NCBI GenBank assembly: GCA_036847245.1
Contig: DAIUAL010000002.1
Coordinates: 1 to 58,828, forward strand
Length of the DNA: 58,828 nucleotides
Source of the DNA: Candidatus Kapaibacterium sp.
Lineage (GTDB): Bacteria > Bacteroidota > Ignavibacteria > Kapaibacteriales > UBA4661
Direction of reading: 5' to 3'
Shown here piece after piece: positions 1-10,271 of this stretch; positions within the stretch are counted from its first letter, which is position 1; the number at the start of each line of letters is the position of its first letter. Both the position numbers and the translations under genes were made by a program. The notes beneath the pieces were generated by a model. That model was not told the DNA's origin. It saw nothing but the letters and a program-made list of their open reading frames with translations, and made no database searches.

Positions 1-181
1 GAAATTGGGGCTGGAATCTCATGATTAATGTCCAATTATTTTAATCTTCTTCCGACACAAAGGATTATTGCTCAAACAAAGCACATAGTATGAATTGTGG
101 CTTCTGTGTAATTTGCCGACCAATTCTCATCGATAGTCATCGATCATATTCGTTTCACTTGTTTCTTTGTTCCTGAATTGT

Positions 182-895
182 ATGGGTCGGATTTTTGAAA
201 AACGAAAGCATAAGATGTTTGCCCGCTTCGATAAAATGTCGAAAGCATTTACGAAAATCGGAAAAGAGATTGCCATTGCCGTAAAAATAGGTGGTGGTGA
301 TTCTAACAATAATCCTCGTCTGCGTGCTGTTTTGCAAAAAGCAAAAGCCGTGAATATGCCTAAAGATCGTGTCGAGGGTGCAATCAAACGTGCTCTTTCG
401 AAAGATGCAGAAAATCTTGCTGAAGTTGTATATGAGGGATATGGTTCTCATGCCGTAGCGATTGTCATTGAAGCTGCAACCGATAACCCTACACGCACAG
501 TTGCTAATGTACGAAGCTACTTCAACAAATATGGTGGTTCGCTGGCAACCTCCGGCGCATTAGAATTCATGTTTCAACGGCGTGGTGTGTTTACTATTCC
601 TATTGAAGGTATGTCGATGGATGACCTCGAAATGACACTTATTGATTGTGGTGCCGATGACATCGAAGTCGACGAAGAAGACAAAATTGTTACCGCATAC
701 ACATCGTTTGAAAGTTTCGGGCAAATGCAAAAGAAATTAGAAGAAGCAAAAATTGTTTTTACCAATGCAGAATTGCAACGCCTTCCTCTGAATACGGTGA
801 CATTAACCGATGAACAAATGGATGAAGTGGCAACACTGATTGATCGACTCGAGGAAGACGATGATGTACAAGCGGTGTATCATAACATTGCATAA
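182..895 (+). CDS. yebC: YebC/PmpR-family DNA-binding transcriptional regulator
   Basis: ORF 167..895. The product from the ATG at 182 reads MGRIFEKRKHKMFARFDKMSKAFTKIGKEI..., then NPRLRAVLQKAKAVNMPKD and VYEGYG, typical of the YebC/TACO1 family over its full length. Confidence 0.9.
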   Translation: MGRIFEKRKHKMFARFDKMSKAFTKIGKEIAIAVKIGGGDSNNNPRLRAVLQKAKAVNMPKDRVEGAIKRALSKDAENLAEVVYEGYGSHAVAIVIEAATDNPTRTVANVRSYFNKYGGSLATSGALEFMFQRRGVFTIPIEGMSMDDLEMTLIDCGADDIEVDEEDKIVTAYTSFESFGQMQKKLEEAKIVFTNAELQRLPLNTVTLTDEQMDEVATLIDRLEEDDDVQAVYHNIA

Positions 896-951
896 TCTTT
901 TCGATGACAGAATCTTCTCTCGGCTCTTCTTTTTGTTTTTGTTCGCAGGTC

Positions 952-2037
952 ATGGATACACAACACGCATCAGCACCGCTCTCGACACCATCGCGCAAGC
1001 GCGATCATGTGGAATTATGTGTGCATGATGATGTGCAATTCACAACAAAGACTGCGGGCTTTGAGCGGGTTGAACTTCTGCACAATGCACTCCCCGAACT
1101 CGATTATAACGATATTGATACAACTACTCTTCTCTTCGGCAAACCGCTTGCCATGCCCTTGATGATTTCAAGCATGACAGGCGGTTATGCAGAAGCAGAA
1201 TCTATCAACCGTTCGCTTGCGATTGCTTGTGCCGAGTACGGTATTGCGCTTGGTGTCGGCTCACAACGTCAAGCTCTCGAAGACAGTACCCATCATGCTT
1301 CGTTTCGTGTGGCACGAGAATACCACCCTCATGGTTTCATTACTGCCAATATCGGCGCACCGGAAATTGCCCAACGCTCTGCACGCGAATCACTCCATCG
1401 CATCATCGATCTTATTGAAGCCGATGCACTGACAATTCACCTCAATCCTCTTCAAGAACTTTTACAAGTGGGAGGCAATACTTCATTCAGTGGCGTTCTA
1501 ACAGGCATTGAAGAATGTGTTCAGTATTTGCAGATTCCCATCATTGTCAAAGAAGTGGGTGCAGGTATTTCCCGAACCGTCGCAGAAAAACTTCTCGATA
1601 TTGGTGTACAAGCTATTGATGTTGCCGGAGCAGGTGGAACAAGTTGGGCAGGCGTTGAACTTCGTCGTTCCGCCATGCTGCACGAAGAGAAAGCACACTT
1701 ACATGCCCTTTGGAATTGGGGAATTCCAACTATTGAATGCTTACAAGCACTTGCCCCCCTCAAACCCTCTCCTCTCGATGATGATGAAGGCAATATGCGT
1801 TTTACGCTGATTGCATCCGGCGGCATTACTTCCGGTTTTGATATGGCAAAATCACTCGCACTTGGTGCAGATCTCACCGCTTCTGCACGTCCATTTATGA
1901 AGCAGTTGGTCGATCATGGTCAGGACGGATTGCACACCATGCTCCGTCAGTGGCGCGAACAACTTACCGCGTGCATGTTTCTTACAGGATCGGGGAACAT
2001 TTCAACAATGCAAAACGTTTCGTATATTCTGCACTGA
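952..2037 (+). CDS. fni: Type 2 (FMN-dependent) isopentenyl-diphosphate delta-isomerase
   Basis: ORF 904..2037. Motifs MISSMTGG, VKEVGAGIS, GAGGTSWA and IASGGI match the IDI-2 family. The ATG at 952 (MDTQH) is the more likely start. Confidence 0.88.
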   Translation: MDTQHASAPLSTPSRKRDHVELCVHDDVQFTTKTAGFERVELLHNALPELDYNDIDTTTLLFGKPLAMPLMISSMTGGYAEAESINRSLAIACAEYGIALGVGSQRQALEDSTHHASFRVAREYHPHGFITANIGAPEIAQRSARESLHRIIDLIEADALTIHLNPLQELLQVGGNTSFSGVLTGIEECVQYLQIPIIVKEVGAGISRTVAEKLLDIGVQAIDVAGAGGTSWAGVELRRSAMLHEEKAHLHALWNWGIPTIECLQALAPLKPSPLDDDEGNMRFTLIASGGITSGFDMAKSLALGADLTASARPFMKQLVDHGQDGLHTMLRQWREQLTACMFLTGSGNISTMQNVSYILH

Positions 2038-2226
2038 CATGCGTATATGCAACGTTCTATCGTAGAATCTCATTGCGAAACCATGCTCAACAGCCATAAC
2101 GCAATGCACTATCATCAACTATGACGGTCCACTCTCCGGGCGTCCATTTATGGATATGCTGTTCGCAGGACAAATACACAAGATGTAATGCTATGATTGG
2201 GGAGTCTCTCTTTTTCAGGAAGTACT

Positions 2227-3210
2227 ATGGAATTTATTGAATACTACAATCGATTACGGCAGATCGTCGAAGATGAGCTTGCAACTCTTGTTACGCAAGA
2301 ACGTCCTCGTACACTGTATGAACCGATTCGATATATTCTTTCCGGCGGCGGAAAACGTGTCCGCCCTATTCTCTCGATGATGGCATGTGAAGCTGTCGGC
2401 GGCAATCCACTTCATGCGCTTCATGCAGGGATTGCGGTTGAGGTCTTGCATAATTTCACATTAGTCCATGACGATATTATGGACACTGCCCACATGCGCA
2501 GAAATCGCCCTACAGTCCATAAAAAATGGAATGAAAATGCGGCAATTTTAGCAGGCGACTGCATGATGCCGATTGCTTATCAAATTCTGCTCAAAACACC
2601 TTCACTTAGTCATTTGCCGGAACTCATTACGGCATTCAATACGGGCGTTATCGATGTGTGTGAAGGTCAGGCATATGATTTGGAATTCGAGCAAGAGCGC
2701 GATGTCATGTTGAATGATTACCTCTTAATGATCGAAAAGAAAACAGCAAAAATGCTCGAGCTCGCCGTAGTTGCAGGAGCACTCATTGGCAATGCGCAGC
2801 AAGAGCATATTGATGCGCTTCGACGTTATGCTTTAGCCGTGGGAACAGGATTTCAAATTCAAGACGATTTACTCGATGCCACTGCCAACGAAGCAGAATT
2901 CGGTAAACGTATCGGTGGTGATATCATTGAAGGGAAGAAAACATTTTTGATTCTCCATGCAACTCAAAAAGCTACTAAACCTGACGATAAAGCTTTGTTA
3001 CAAAAGTTTTATGATGAGCAAGGTTTGCTCCCCGACGATGTTCCTTTGATGATTGATCTTTTTCATCGGCTCGATATTATCAACACCACACAATGTGAAG
3101 TTGAACGCTCTATGCACCATGCTCACGAAGCTTTGCAGGCACTCCCTGATAATGCAGGACGCAAAATGCTGGCACACTTTGCGGAAATGCTTGTACAACG
3201 CACATCATAA
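2227..3210 (+). CDS. Polyprenyl diphosphate synthase (GGPP/FPP synthase family)
   Basis: ORF 2197..3210. Both Asp-rich motifs are present (LVHDDIMD and FQIQDDLLD). The ATG at 2227 is preceded by AGGAAG. Confidence 0.88.
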   Translation: MEFIEYYNRLRQIVEDELATLVTQERPRTLYEPIRYILSGGGKRVRPILSMMACEAVGGNPLHALHAGIAVEVLHNFTLVHDDIMDTAHMRRNRPTVHKKWNENAAILAGDCMMPIAYQILLKTPSLSHLPELITAFNTGVIDVCEGQAYDLEFEQERDVMLNDYLLMIEKKTAKMLELAVVAGALIGNAQQEHIDALRRYALAVGTGFQIQDDLLDATANEAEFGKRIGGDIIEGKKTFLILHATQKATKPDDKALLQKFYDEQGLLPDDVPLMIDLFHRLDIINTTQCEVERSMHHAHEALQALPDNAGRKMLAHFAEMLVQRTS

Positions 3211-3255
3211 GAATACTGTAGTGTACATTTGGCGACAATTTCATTAAAAAGCAAA

Positions 3256-3285
3256 AAGGGCAGGAGAATCGATACTCCTGCCCTT
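3256..3285. terminator. Bidirectional intrinsic-terminator hairpin between convergent genes
   Basis: Stem GGGCAGGAG (3258-3266) pairs with CTCCTGCCC (3275-3283) around an 8-nt loop. An A-run lies on one side and a T-rich tract on the other. Confidence 0.7.
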
Positions 3286-3319
3286 CTTATTTGCGAGCAT
3301 TTTTGGTACGTATGCCAGG

Positions 3320-4708
3320 TCAGTAATACCACCCAAACACGATATTCATTTCATCTTCAGCGCGCAGTCCGAACCGTACTACTTGGTTGGTGTTATTCAA
3401 GTATGTCACCACCGATTTCAAACCTTCACCACGCCGTAAGATGAGTGGCTCTTTGAACCACACAATCGGTGGATTGAGGTAATTGGTCGAAGAGTATACA
3501 ATCTCACCATCACGTGTACCACCGACAATTTGAATAACAAAGCGTTTTTGTAATTGATGCGCATGCGAAGTCAGCCCCACAACACGCACAATTGTATCAT
3601 TGTCGTAGTTGCCACGTGTACCGACACGATACGATGTTTCAATGGTTGTTTCTTTTTGCGCAGGAAGAGAGAAAGAAATGTTATTTAACTGCAAAGGCTT
3701 GAGGACATTCTTAACTTTGTCAGGTGTTGTCGTATGGAGATTAAATACAACTTCGCCGGCAATAGAGTCTTTCAAACCATTGGAATAGTGTGAATTAAAA
3801 TCCAATAACCAATCTTTCGGAATACGCATTGCCATACCTTCAGGGAAGGAAATATCAGCATATTTGGTTTGCGCACCCATAACAAACTCACGGTCTTGCA
3901 TTTCAAGCAAACGAGCGATGTTGACTTGATAATTTTCGTTATACAAATCACGTACAACACCCGGTTGAATCAACGAACGTACTATAGATGTTCGTGGATA
4001 ACCATACAAAATAAAGTGATGACTTCGATCGCGCTGTGCCATCTCGAAACGTGTCATGTACAAATCTTCTGTGTGAGTATTTGCTTGAGCAATAAATATC
4101 TCACGATCTTTCTGTGCAGGTACACTAAAACGATTGACGCGGAACTGCAATCCCGAAGCAGGTTGTGGCAGAGTAATCAATTCATTCTGACTGCGTGTAT
4201 CATCGAGCAATGTTGGATCGGCAACAGCACCATCCAGAGGCGCACCGGCAACAATCCACTGTCGAATAAACTCTAACTGCCCGCGTGTCAACGTTCGTGA
4301 CCCCAAGGGCATCAAATCACCATAGCCGTCGGATTTATGTAAATTTAAACTATCAAGTTTGATGTAGAGAAAACTCTTGTTCAAATCACTTGGTTTCACA
4401 CGTAAAAGCTTGTCTTTAAGTGCATTAGCGTTCGATGGATTTGCATTTACAAGATTGCGATAAGCAACTGCAGGCGACAAATCCAGACCACCTCCACTAT
4501 TCGCTGTCGCATGGCAACCACTTGTTGCACAGTTAGGTGTTAAGATTCTCTCTTGCAACAGAGCAAAGGAAGAATTTCCTGTTGGAACGAGTGGCGTTGT
4601 ACCCGGCATTTCATCGGCAATTTTGAAATTATTGCACGACATCAATGCGACCGTACCACTCAGCGTACACAACAAAAAAACCGAACGAAAAAAGGGGCGC
4701 ATAGACAT
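3320..4708 (-). CDS. Lipoprotein with a PHM/DBH-like copper monooxygenase domain and an N-terminal PSCyt-like CX4CH module
   Basis: Signal peptide plus lipobox (VALMSC). Ligand pattern: HH (SHHFILYGY), H (NSHYSNG), HxH (SHAHQL) and M (EDEMNIVFGWYY). N-terminal part: NCATSGCH...GGGLDL...FIRQWIVAGAP. Confidence 0.6.
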   Translation of the reverse strand: MSMRPFFRSVFLLCTLSGTVALMSCNNFKIADEMPGTTPLVPTGNSSFALLQERILTPNCATSGCHATANSGGGLDLSPAVAYRNLVNANPSNANALKDKLLRVKPSDLNKSFLYIKLDSLNLHKSDGYGDLMPLGSRTLTRGQLEFIRQWIVAGAPLDGAVADPTLLDDTRSQNELITLPQPASGLQFRVNRFSVPAQKDREIFIAQANTHTEDLYMTRFEMAQRDRSHHFILYGYPRTSIVRSLIQPGVVRDLYNENYQVNIARLLEMQDREFVMGAQTKYADISFPEGMAMRIPKDWLLDFNSHYSNGLKDSIAGEVVFNLHTTTPDKVKNVLKPLQLNNISFSLPAQKETTIETSYRVGTRGNYDNDTIVRVVGLTSHAHQLQKRFVIQIVGGTRDGEIVYSSTNYLNPPIVWFKEPLILRRGEGLKSVVTYLNNTNQVVRFGLRAEDEMNIVFGWYY

Positions 4709-4825
4709 ACTTGCAGAAGAAAGTAAAAATAGGAGCTTTCAATTCAAGGCAATTTAACGAATTAGATCTGTACTCACGTAGGACGTATAAACACACATAA
4801 GGTTTAAAAAGTTTTTATGCCCCAC

Positions 4826-5521
4826 CTACTCATACGCTAATCGTTCAATGGCATCCGATTCGATAATGTCATGCCCTTGCTTGTCTGACAATGCATAGCG
4901 CATCATTCCCATAGCAATGGTTCGAGCATGGATAACACGATACTTGCGCATGGGTCCAATCAACAATGGAGCAAGCATCTTTGTAAAAACAATACCCAAA
5001 TATTCACCGGGACGCGATTCTGTACGATTACCATCGATAAAGGACGGACGAAACGCACACGAATTGGCAATACCGCTTGCCTGCACATCGCGTTCCATTT
5101 CACCTTTGGTACGACTGTAGAACACTGATGATTGTACATGTGCTCCAAGTGCTGACACAACAAGAAACCTCTCACCGCCATTCTGCGCCGATAAGCGAGC
5201 TGCATTGACCACATAGTCATAATCCACTTTACGAAATGCCTCTTGCGAACCGGCAGTGCGAATTGTCGTACCTAAGGTGCAATACACATCATGCGCACGA
5301 AAGACGGAGAGATTATCCCCCATAGCATCTAACGAACCGATACTATGCTGAATAATTTTTCTGCTCGGAATATCATCAGGTATTTTGATGGATTTGCGCA
5401 CGAGCAAGTGAACAGACTCATAACTTGATTCTTCTGCAAGCAAGCGCAGGCAATGCCCACCGACCAATCCTGATGCCCCAATGAGCAAGGCAGTACGTGT
5501 TACTTTATGTGATTGTGCCAT
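4826..5521 (-). CDS. NAD(P)H-binding Rossmann-fold oxidoreductase (HTATIP2/NmrA-like)
   Basis: N-terminal ALLIGASGLVGGHCLRLL glycine-rich dinucleotide-binding motif. The length (231 aa) is typical of the family. Confidence 0.7.
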   Translation of the reverse strand: MAQSHKVTRTALLIGASGLVGGHCLRLLAEESSYESVHLLVRKSIKIPDDIPSRKIIQHSIGSLDAMGDNLSVFRAHDVYCTLGTTIRTAGSQEAFRKVDYDYVVNAARLSAQNGGERFLVVSALGAHVQSSVFYSRTKGEMERDVQASGIANSCAFRPSFIDGNRTESRPGEYLGIVFTKMLAPLLIGPMRKYRVIHARTIAMGMMRYALSDKQGHDIIESDAIERLAYE

Positions 5522-5620
5522 AGGAACTTAAGGTTGATAACAATAGCGATGAACACAATGAATAAACATGAAAACAATGGTACAATCAGGCATAGTATCC
5601 AAAGAATACATGATCTTATG

Positions 5621-7987
5621 TTATTCCTCGAAACGTTCGACAGTCTTGATACCTTGTATTTTTTTCAATTTGCTGAAGAGCTTATCCAAATGCTCTTTGT
5701 CCTTGACATACACCGTTACCACACCCTCGAAATGATTATCATACGAATCAATATTCACGCTACGGATATTTGTATTGTTGAGTGAGGAAATCATCGTAGT
5801 GATATCGCTGACTAACCCCGTGCGATCATCACCCGACAAACGAATCCCTGCCATAAACTGCTCTTTGAAATCCCCTGCCCACGCAACTTCCATCAGGCGT
5901 GGATGTGCATTTTCTAAAAAACCTTTAACATTCTTGCATTGCTTACGGTGAATTTTAATACCATTACCAATCGTAACAATACCGACTATGTCATCGCCGG
6001 GTACAGGGTTACAACATCGTGCGTAAGAATACATCACCGGTGTTTTACCACCTTCTTCGACGATACGAATACTGTTTTGCTGTTCGGTACGTGCGCGGTT
6101 GACAAATTTCTCGAAATGCTTTGATTCTATTTTATCAGGTTCGGGTTCGGGAGCAGGTGGTTCCTTAGGTTTGAGATATTTATCGATTGCCGCCTTACCT
6201 GCGACATCGACATCGAGCAAACCTGTTGCAAGGGCAAAAAGAAAATCTCCCTTGTGTTGAAATCGCAAACTATGTGCAAAACGGTCAAGTTCGTCTTCAT
6301 TGATGTGTAAATCAATGCGCTTGACTTTACGATCCCAAATTTCTCGCCCTTCTAATACCTTCGCACGGCGATCTTCATTCAAAAACTTTCGAATTGCCGA
6401 CTTGGCTTTGTGTGTTACGACAAAACGCTCCCAATCTTTACTTGGCGATTGATTTTTCGAGGTTAAAATTTCTACCTGATCGCCGCGCTGCAAGACATAG
6501 TTGAGCGGAACGATTTTCCCATTGACTTTTGCACCGATGGTGTGATACCCAACTCGACTGTGTATGTCAAAAGCAAAATCAATCGGTGTCGCATCTTTTG
6601 GAAGAATACGCAAATCACCCTTAGGCGTAAAGACATAAATCTCTTCCTGAAAAAGATTCAACTTGAAACTCTCGATAAGCTGCTCCGGTGCTTCATCGCC
6701 GGCACTATCGAAAATATCGCGCACCCAATTTGCCCATTCTTCGAGCTCTCGATCCTCAACATAGGTATTGGTTACATGCTCCTTATACCGAAAGTGTGCA
6801 GCAAGACCCAACTCGGAAATCTCGTGCATTTTGCGAGTACGAATTTGCACCTCAACTTTCTTACCATCAGGACCAATGACCGTAGTATGAAGCGATTGAT
6901 AACCATTTTTTTTCGGCACAGAAATATAGTTTTTGAATCGCTCGGGCACCGGTGTATAGATATCCGAAATAATACCATACGCCACAAAGCAATCATTGAC
7001 ATTCTCCGTATCAAGGATAATTCGCACGGCAAAAAGATCGTACACATCATCGAGCGATTTACCACGCGACACCATCTTATTGTAAATCGAATACATGTGC
7101 TTGGCACGACTTGAAATCTCAAATCGAAATCCTTCTTTCACCAAACGCTCCTGTATCGGCTTAGCAAAATCTTCTACATAAGTGTTGCGTTCATCACGCT
7201 TGAGATTTAGTGCTTTTTTAATTTCATCGAATGCTTCACGATTCAAATATTTGAATGCCAAATCTTCAAGTTCCCATTTGATATTCCCAAAACCCAAACG
7301 ATGGGCAAACGGCGAGTAAATATCAAGTGTTTCGCGAGCAATACGCTTTTGCTTTTCGGGTGTCATGTGCTGAAGTGTACGCATATTGTGCAAGCGATCA
7401 GCAAACTTGACAAGCATCACACGCACATCGCTTACCATCGAGAGCAGAAGTTTACGATAGCTCGCGGCTTGACGAATTTCGCGTGTTTCAAAAGCACCGG
7501 AAATTTTTGTGACTCCATCAACGATAGCCGCAACATCACTGCCGAAAAGATCCCCTATATCGTGCAGAGTATATTCAGTGTCTTCTGCTACATCGTGCAA
7601 AAGTGCGGCAATGACCGATGCTTCATCAAGAGGCGTTTCGCGTACCAGCAATGTTGCCACAGCAAGCGGATGCGTATAATATGGTTCGCCCGAAGCACGT
7701 AAATCCTTTCCATGCGCCCGTACGCAGAAATACACGGCACGCCGAATCCGCTCTTCGTCGAAACGCTTCAAACCCATACGGCATGCTGCAATCAGATCTG
7801 CCAATAGTGCTTCGACTTTTGGATCAACTTCATCAGTAAAGGAATCTTGTGGTATGGTATCGGATGAGATTGTACCATGATCAACAGAAGTGATACACGA
7901 CACATCTGGTTCGCCAACGGCAATCGGCGTAGGTGTTTGCTCCTGCGTTGGCATGTGTTCGTCTTTAGATATTTCTTGGAGTGCCAT
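5621..7987 (-). CDS. relA: Bifunctional (p)ppGpp synthetase/hydrolase, RelA/SpoT family
   Basis: HD hydrolase motifs (YYTHPLAVA, LLHDVAEDT), a synthetase core (YQSLHTTV), and TGS and ACT-like C-terminal regions. The track ORF extends to 8074; the ATG at 7987 (MALQEISKD) is the likelier start. Confidence 0.9.
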   Translation of the reverse strand: MALQEISKDEHMPTQEQTPTPIAVGEPDVSCITSVDHGTISSDTIPQDSFTDEVDPKVEALLADLIAACRMGLKRFDEERIRRAVYFCVRAHGKDLRASGEPYYTHPLAVATLLVRETPLDEASVIAALLHDVAEDTEYTLHDIGDLFGSDVAAIVDGVTKISGAFETREIRQAASYRKLLLSMVSDVRVMLVKFADRLHNMRTLQHMTPEKQKRIARETLDIYSPFAHRLGFGNIKWELEDLAFKYLNREAFDEIKKALNLKRDERNTYVEDFAKPIQERLVKEGFRFEISSRAKHMYSIYNKMVSRGKSLDDVYDLFAVRIILDTENVNDCFVAYGIISDIYTPVPERFKNYISVPKKNGYQSLHTTVIGPDGKKVEVQIRTRKMHEISELGLAAHFRYKEHVTNTYVEDRELEEWANWVRDIFDSAGDEAPEQLIESFKLNLFQEEIYVFTPKGDLRILPKDATPIDFAFDIHSRVGYHTIGAKVNGKIVPLNYVLQRGDQVEILTSKNQSPSKDWERFVVTHKAKSAIRKFLNEDRRAKVLEGREIWDRKVKRIDLHINEDELDRFAHSLRFQHKGDFLFALATGLLDVDVAGKAAIDKYLKPKEPPAPEPEPDKIESKHFEKFVNRARTEQQNSIRIVEEGGKTPVMYSYARCCNPVPGDDIVGIVTIGNGIKIHRKQCKNVKGFLENAHPRLMEVAWAGDFKEQFMAGIRLSGDDRTGLVSDITTMISSLNNTNIRSVNIDSYDNHFEGVVTVYVKDKEHLDKLFSKLKKIQGIKTVERFEE

Positions 7988-8425
7988 GATTGTTTCTCGT
8001 CTTACTGGATATTGCGCTATATCTTTCTTAACAATCTTTGTGCCATCTGCATAGCACCATGGGAATATCACCATCGTTCAAGAATGACTACCGAACATTG
8101 TTTATCAACACACGATGTATTCTTAACGCCATGCCCTCCCCTACTTTTTCACAAATGCTTCTACGTTTCTCTGCAACTTGCATATCAACAATGCTCGATT
8201 ATGTGTTGCTCATCGTGAGTGTTCATGGCTGTTTGCACTTGTTTGTGCAGGATTTGGCTTATGTAACAAGTATGACTGAAAATGGTAATTTTTACACAAA
8301 AATTCAAGGGAAATCCTCTGTATCCGTAGTAGTACTTAAAGAGAAGTTTGGAAATTCTCAAAAAGATGCCGTATTTGGTTTCCACATGTGCGTCTTCTCT
8401 GTTTATTTGTTTTTCACGTCAATCT

Positions 8426-8719
8426 ATGGCACTAACAATTCGCCCGCAAAACAATGATGAAACACCACCTCAAAAAGCAGTGGTGATTCGCACGATCTTC
8501 GATGAAATCGCTGAGATGGGGGAATTACAAAACTTTATTCAAGGCTATCTCAAAGAGCGCTTTGATCAAGATGATTCTTTTCGCCGTGAAATGATTGATA
8601 CGCTTGCTGATTCTGCACCCAACCCAACAGAAATCGTTGAGCACTATGTTCTGACCCGCTTGCATGATGCCCTGCAAAACTTTATCACACAAGCACAGTC
8701 TGCTCCTCTTCCACGTTAA
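8426..8719 (+). CDS. Hypothetical small acidic protein
   Basis: ORF 8348..8719 opens with TTG; in-frame ATGs lie at 8366 and 8426. No recognisable family. It sits 15 bp upstream of the next gene on the same strand. Confidence 0.45.
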   Translation: MALTIRPQNNDETPPQKAVVIRTIFDEIAEMGELQNFIQGYLKERFDQDDSFRREMIDTLADSAPNPTEIVEHYVLTRLHDALQNFITQAQSAPLPR

Positions 8720-8733
8720 TGTTCTGATACCGT

Positions 8734-9663
8734 ATGTCAACGAATGCTTCTCTTCCGTCGAATACTTCTCTATCATCCACAACCGACTCTGCACCGCGCT
8801 CGCTAAGCACGGAAATTGATGTTTTGGTTGAGCAGATACGTTCGCAAGCGGGCATGTATGTACAACTCATGATACAGTTGCGCGATACCGCAGAACGTAT
8901 TGAACAAGACCGCATCAAGGTTGAAGAAGCATATCGCCAACTTCGCGCCGAGTCGAAACGCAGTATTGCCGATATCGAAAAATCTGCTCATGCGACTATG
9001 AATTCTGTTACAGAACATGCCCAGCAAATCGAGTCGCTCTATGGTGGATTGAAATCCATTCAGGAATTCCACCAAAAAACGAAAAATGAAAGCATCATTG
9101 CCGAAGAATATCGCAAACGCTTAGAAGCAATGCTCGTTGATACCGATGCCAAAGTCAAAAAAATGTATGATGAAATTGTTCCTGTCATCGAACAAAAACT
9201 TGGACAGCAGATTTATGCCATGCGCGAGCAATTACGCGGACAAGAAAATAAACTTGGCGACATCATGGAGGCACAACGCCGAGGATTTACGCGGTTAGAG
9301 GAAGAGGTTGATAATTTCAAAAGCAAAATCCCGGAAACCAGCTTAATCGTTAAACAAACAAATCGACGTATTGCAGAGATTGTAGAAGAGAGCTACAAAA
9401 CAGTAGAACAACAAGTTGCCAAAATTAATGATGACCTTGAAAAAGCAAAAGCCGAAGTCATGAAACAAAGCACCCTACTCGGTAGCGATGGTCATCAATC
9501 CGGACTACAAAAAAAGATCGATGTTCTCGAAACCAAAACCTATAAACTGGAACAACAAGTCAAGCAGTTTGATGCTGGAAGCAAGCGAGCGACCATGATT
9601 GCCATAGGTGTTGGGGTAGCAGGCATTATCTTGTCACTCAGTTTAATTTTTGCAATGAAATAA
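8734..9663 (+). CDS. Tail-anchored coiled-coil protein (hypothetical)
   Basis: 309 aa. The N-terminus is Ser/Thr-rich, followed by about 250 aa rich in heptad-like E/K/Q/L sequence. A single C-terminal TM segment (MIAIGVGVAGIILSLSLIFAM) ends the protein. Confidence 0.6.
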   Translation: MSTNASLPSNTSLSSTTDSAPRSLSTEIDVLVEQIRSQAGMYVQLMIQLRDTAERIEQDRIKVEEAYRQLRAESKRSIADIEKSAHATMNSVTEHAQQIESLYGGLKSIQEFHQKTKNESIIAEEYRKRLEAMLVDTDAKVKKMYDEIVPVIEQKLGQQIYAMREQLRGQENKLGDIMEAQRRGFTRLEEEVDNFKSKIPETSLIVKQTNRRIAEIVEESYKTVEQQVAKINDDLEKAKAEVMKQSTLLGSDGHQSGLQKKIDVLETKTYKLEQQVKQFDAGSKRATMIAIGVGVAGIILSLSLIFAMK

Positions 9664-9739
9664 GCTTTTCAATAGCCTTAGATTTCAACACTTCTTGTAT
9701 TTCTCTGACTGATTATATTTTAGAAGAAGGTTTTTTATA

Positions 9740-10216
9740 ATGCACTTCCACTTCAAGCATTTTTCCGAGCTTACTCTTGACGAACTGTATGCAATTCTTG
9801 CTGCTCGCCAAGAAGTCTTTATCGTAGAGCAAAACTGCCCGTATCTCGATGCTGATGGCTACGACAACAAAGCCCACCATTTATGGAGTGTGTTGCCTAA
9901 TCATAATCCCGATGATAGCACTGCGATTGGAGCATATATGCGTATTTTCGCGCCCGACATTAAGTATGTTGGTGAATCATCGTTAGGGCGGATTATTTCG
10001 ACTGCTAAAGCCCGAGGTACGGGTGCAGGACGCCGATTGGTACAAGAAGGCATTGCTCATTGTCAACGCATGTATCCGCATGTTTCTATTCGTATTGGTG
10101 CACAGCAATACCTTGAACAATTCTATGGTTCCTTTGGCTTTGTTACAGTCAGCGAACCCTATATGGAAGATGGTATTCCGCATATCGAAATGGTACTTGC
10201 CCGACCTACTCCGTAA
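9740..10216 (+). CDS. elaA: ElaA-like GNAT family N-acetyltransferase
   Basis: FSELTLDELYAILAARQEVFIVEQNCPYLDADGYD and GAQQYLEQFYGSFGF...EDGIPHIEM match E. coli ElaA along the full length. Confidence 0.85.
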   Translation: MHFHFKHFSELTLDELYAILAARQEVFIVEQNCPYLDADGYDNKAHHLWSVLPNHNPDDSTAIGAYMRIFAPDIKYVGESSLGRIISTAKARGTGAGRRLVQEGIAHCQRMYPHVSIRIGAQQYLEQFYGSFGFVTVSEPYMEDGIPHIEMVLARPTP

Positions 10217-10271
10217 TGGTTCGCAATAACATACTCATGATATCTTTTCATTCCTTTTTATACAGTACTTC

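Noticed and set aside
7988-8425. ORFs 8038..8457 (139 aa), 7877..8218 (113 aa) and 8185..8385 (66 aa) in the long gap upstream of relA
   Set aside because: Their products are Cys/His/Phe-rich with no family resemblance, and the ORFs overlap each other. The region is more likely non-coding (promoters or 5' UTRs). I cannot exclude an sRNA, but I saw no conserved structure.
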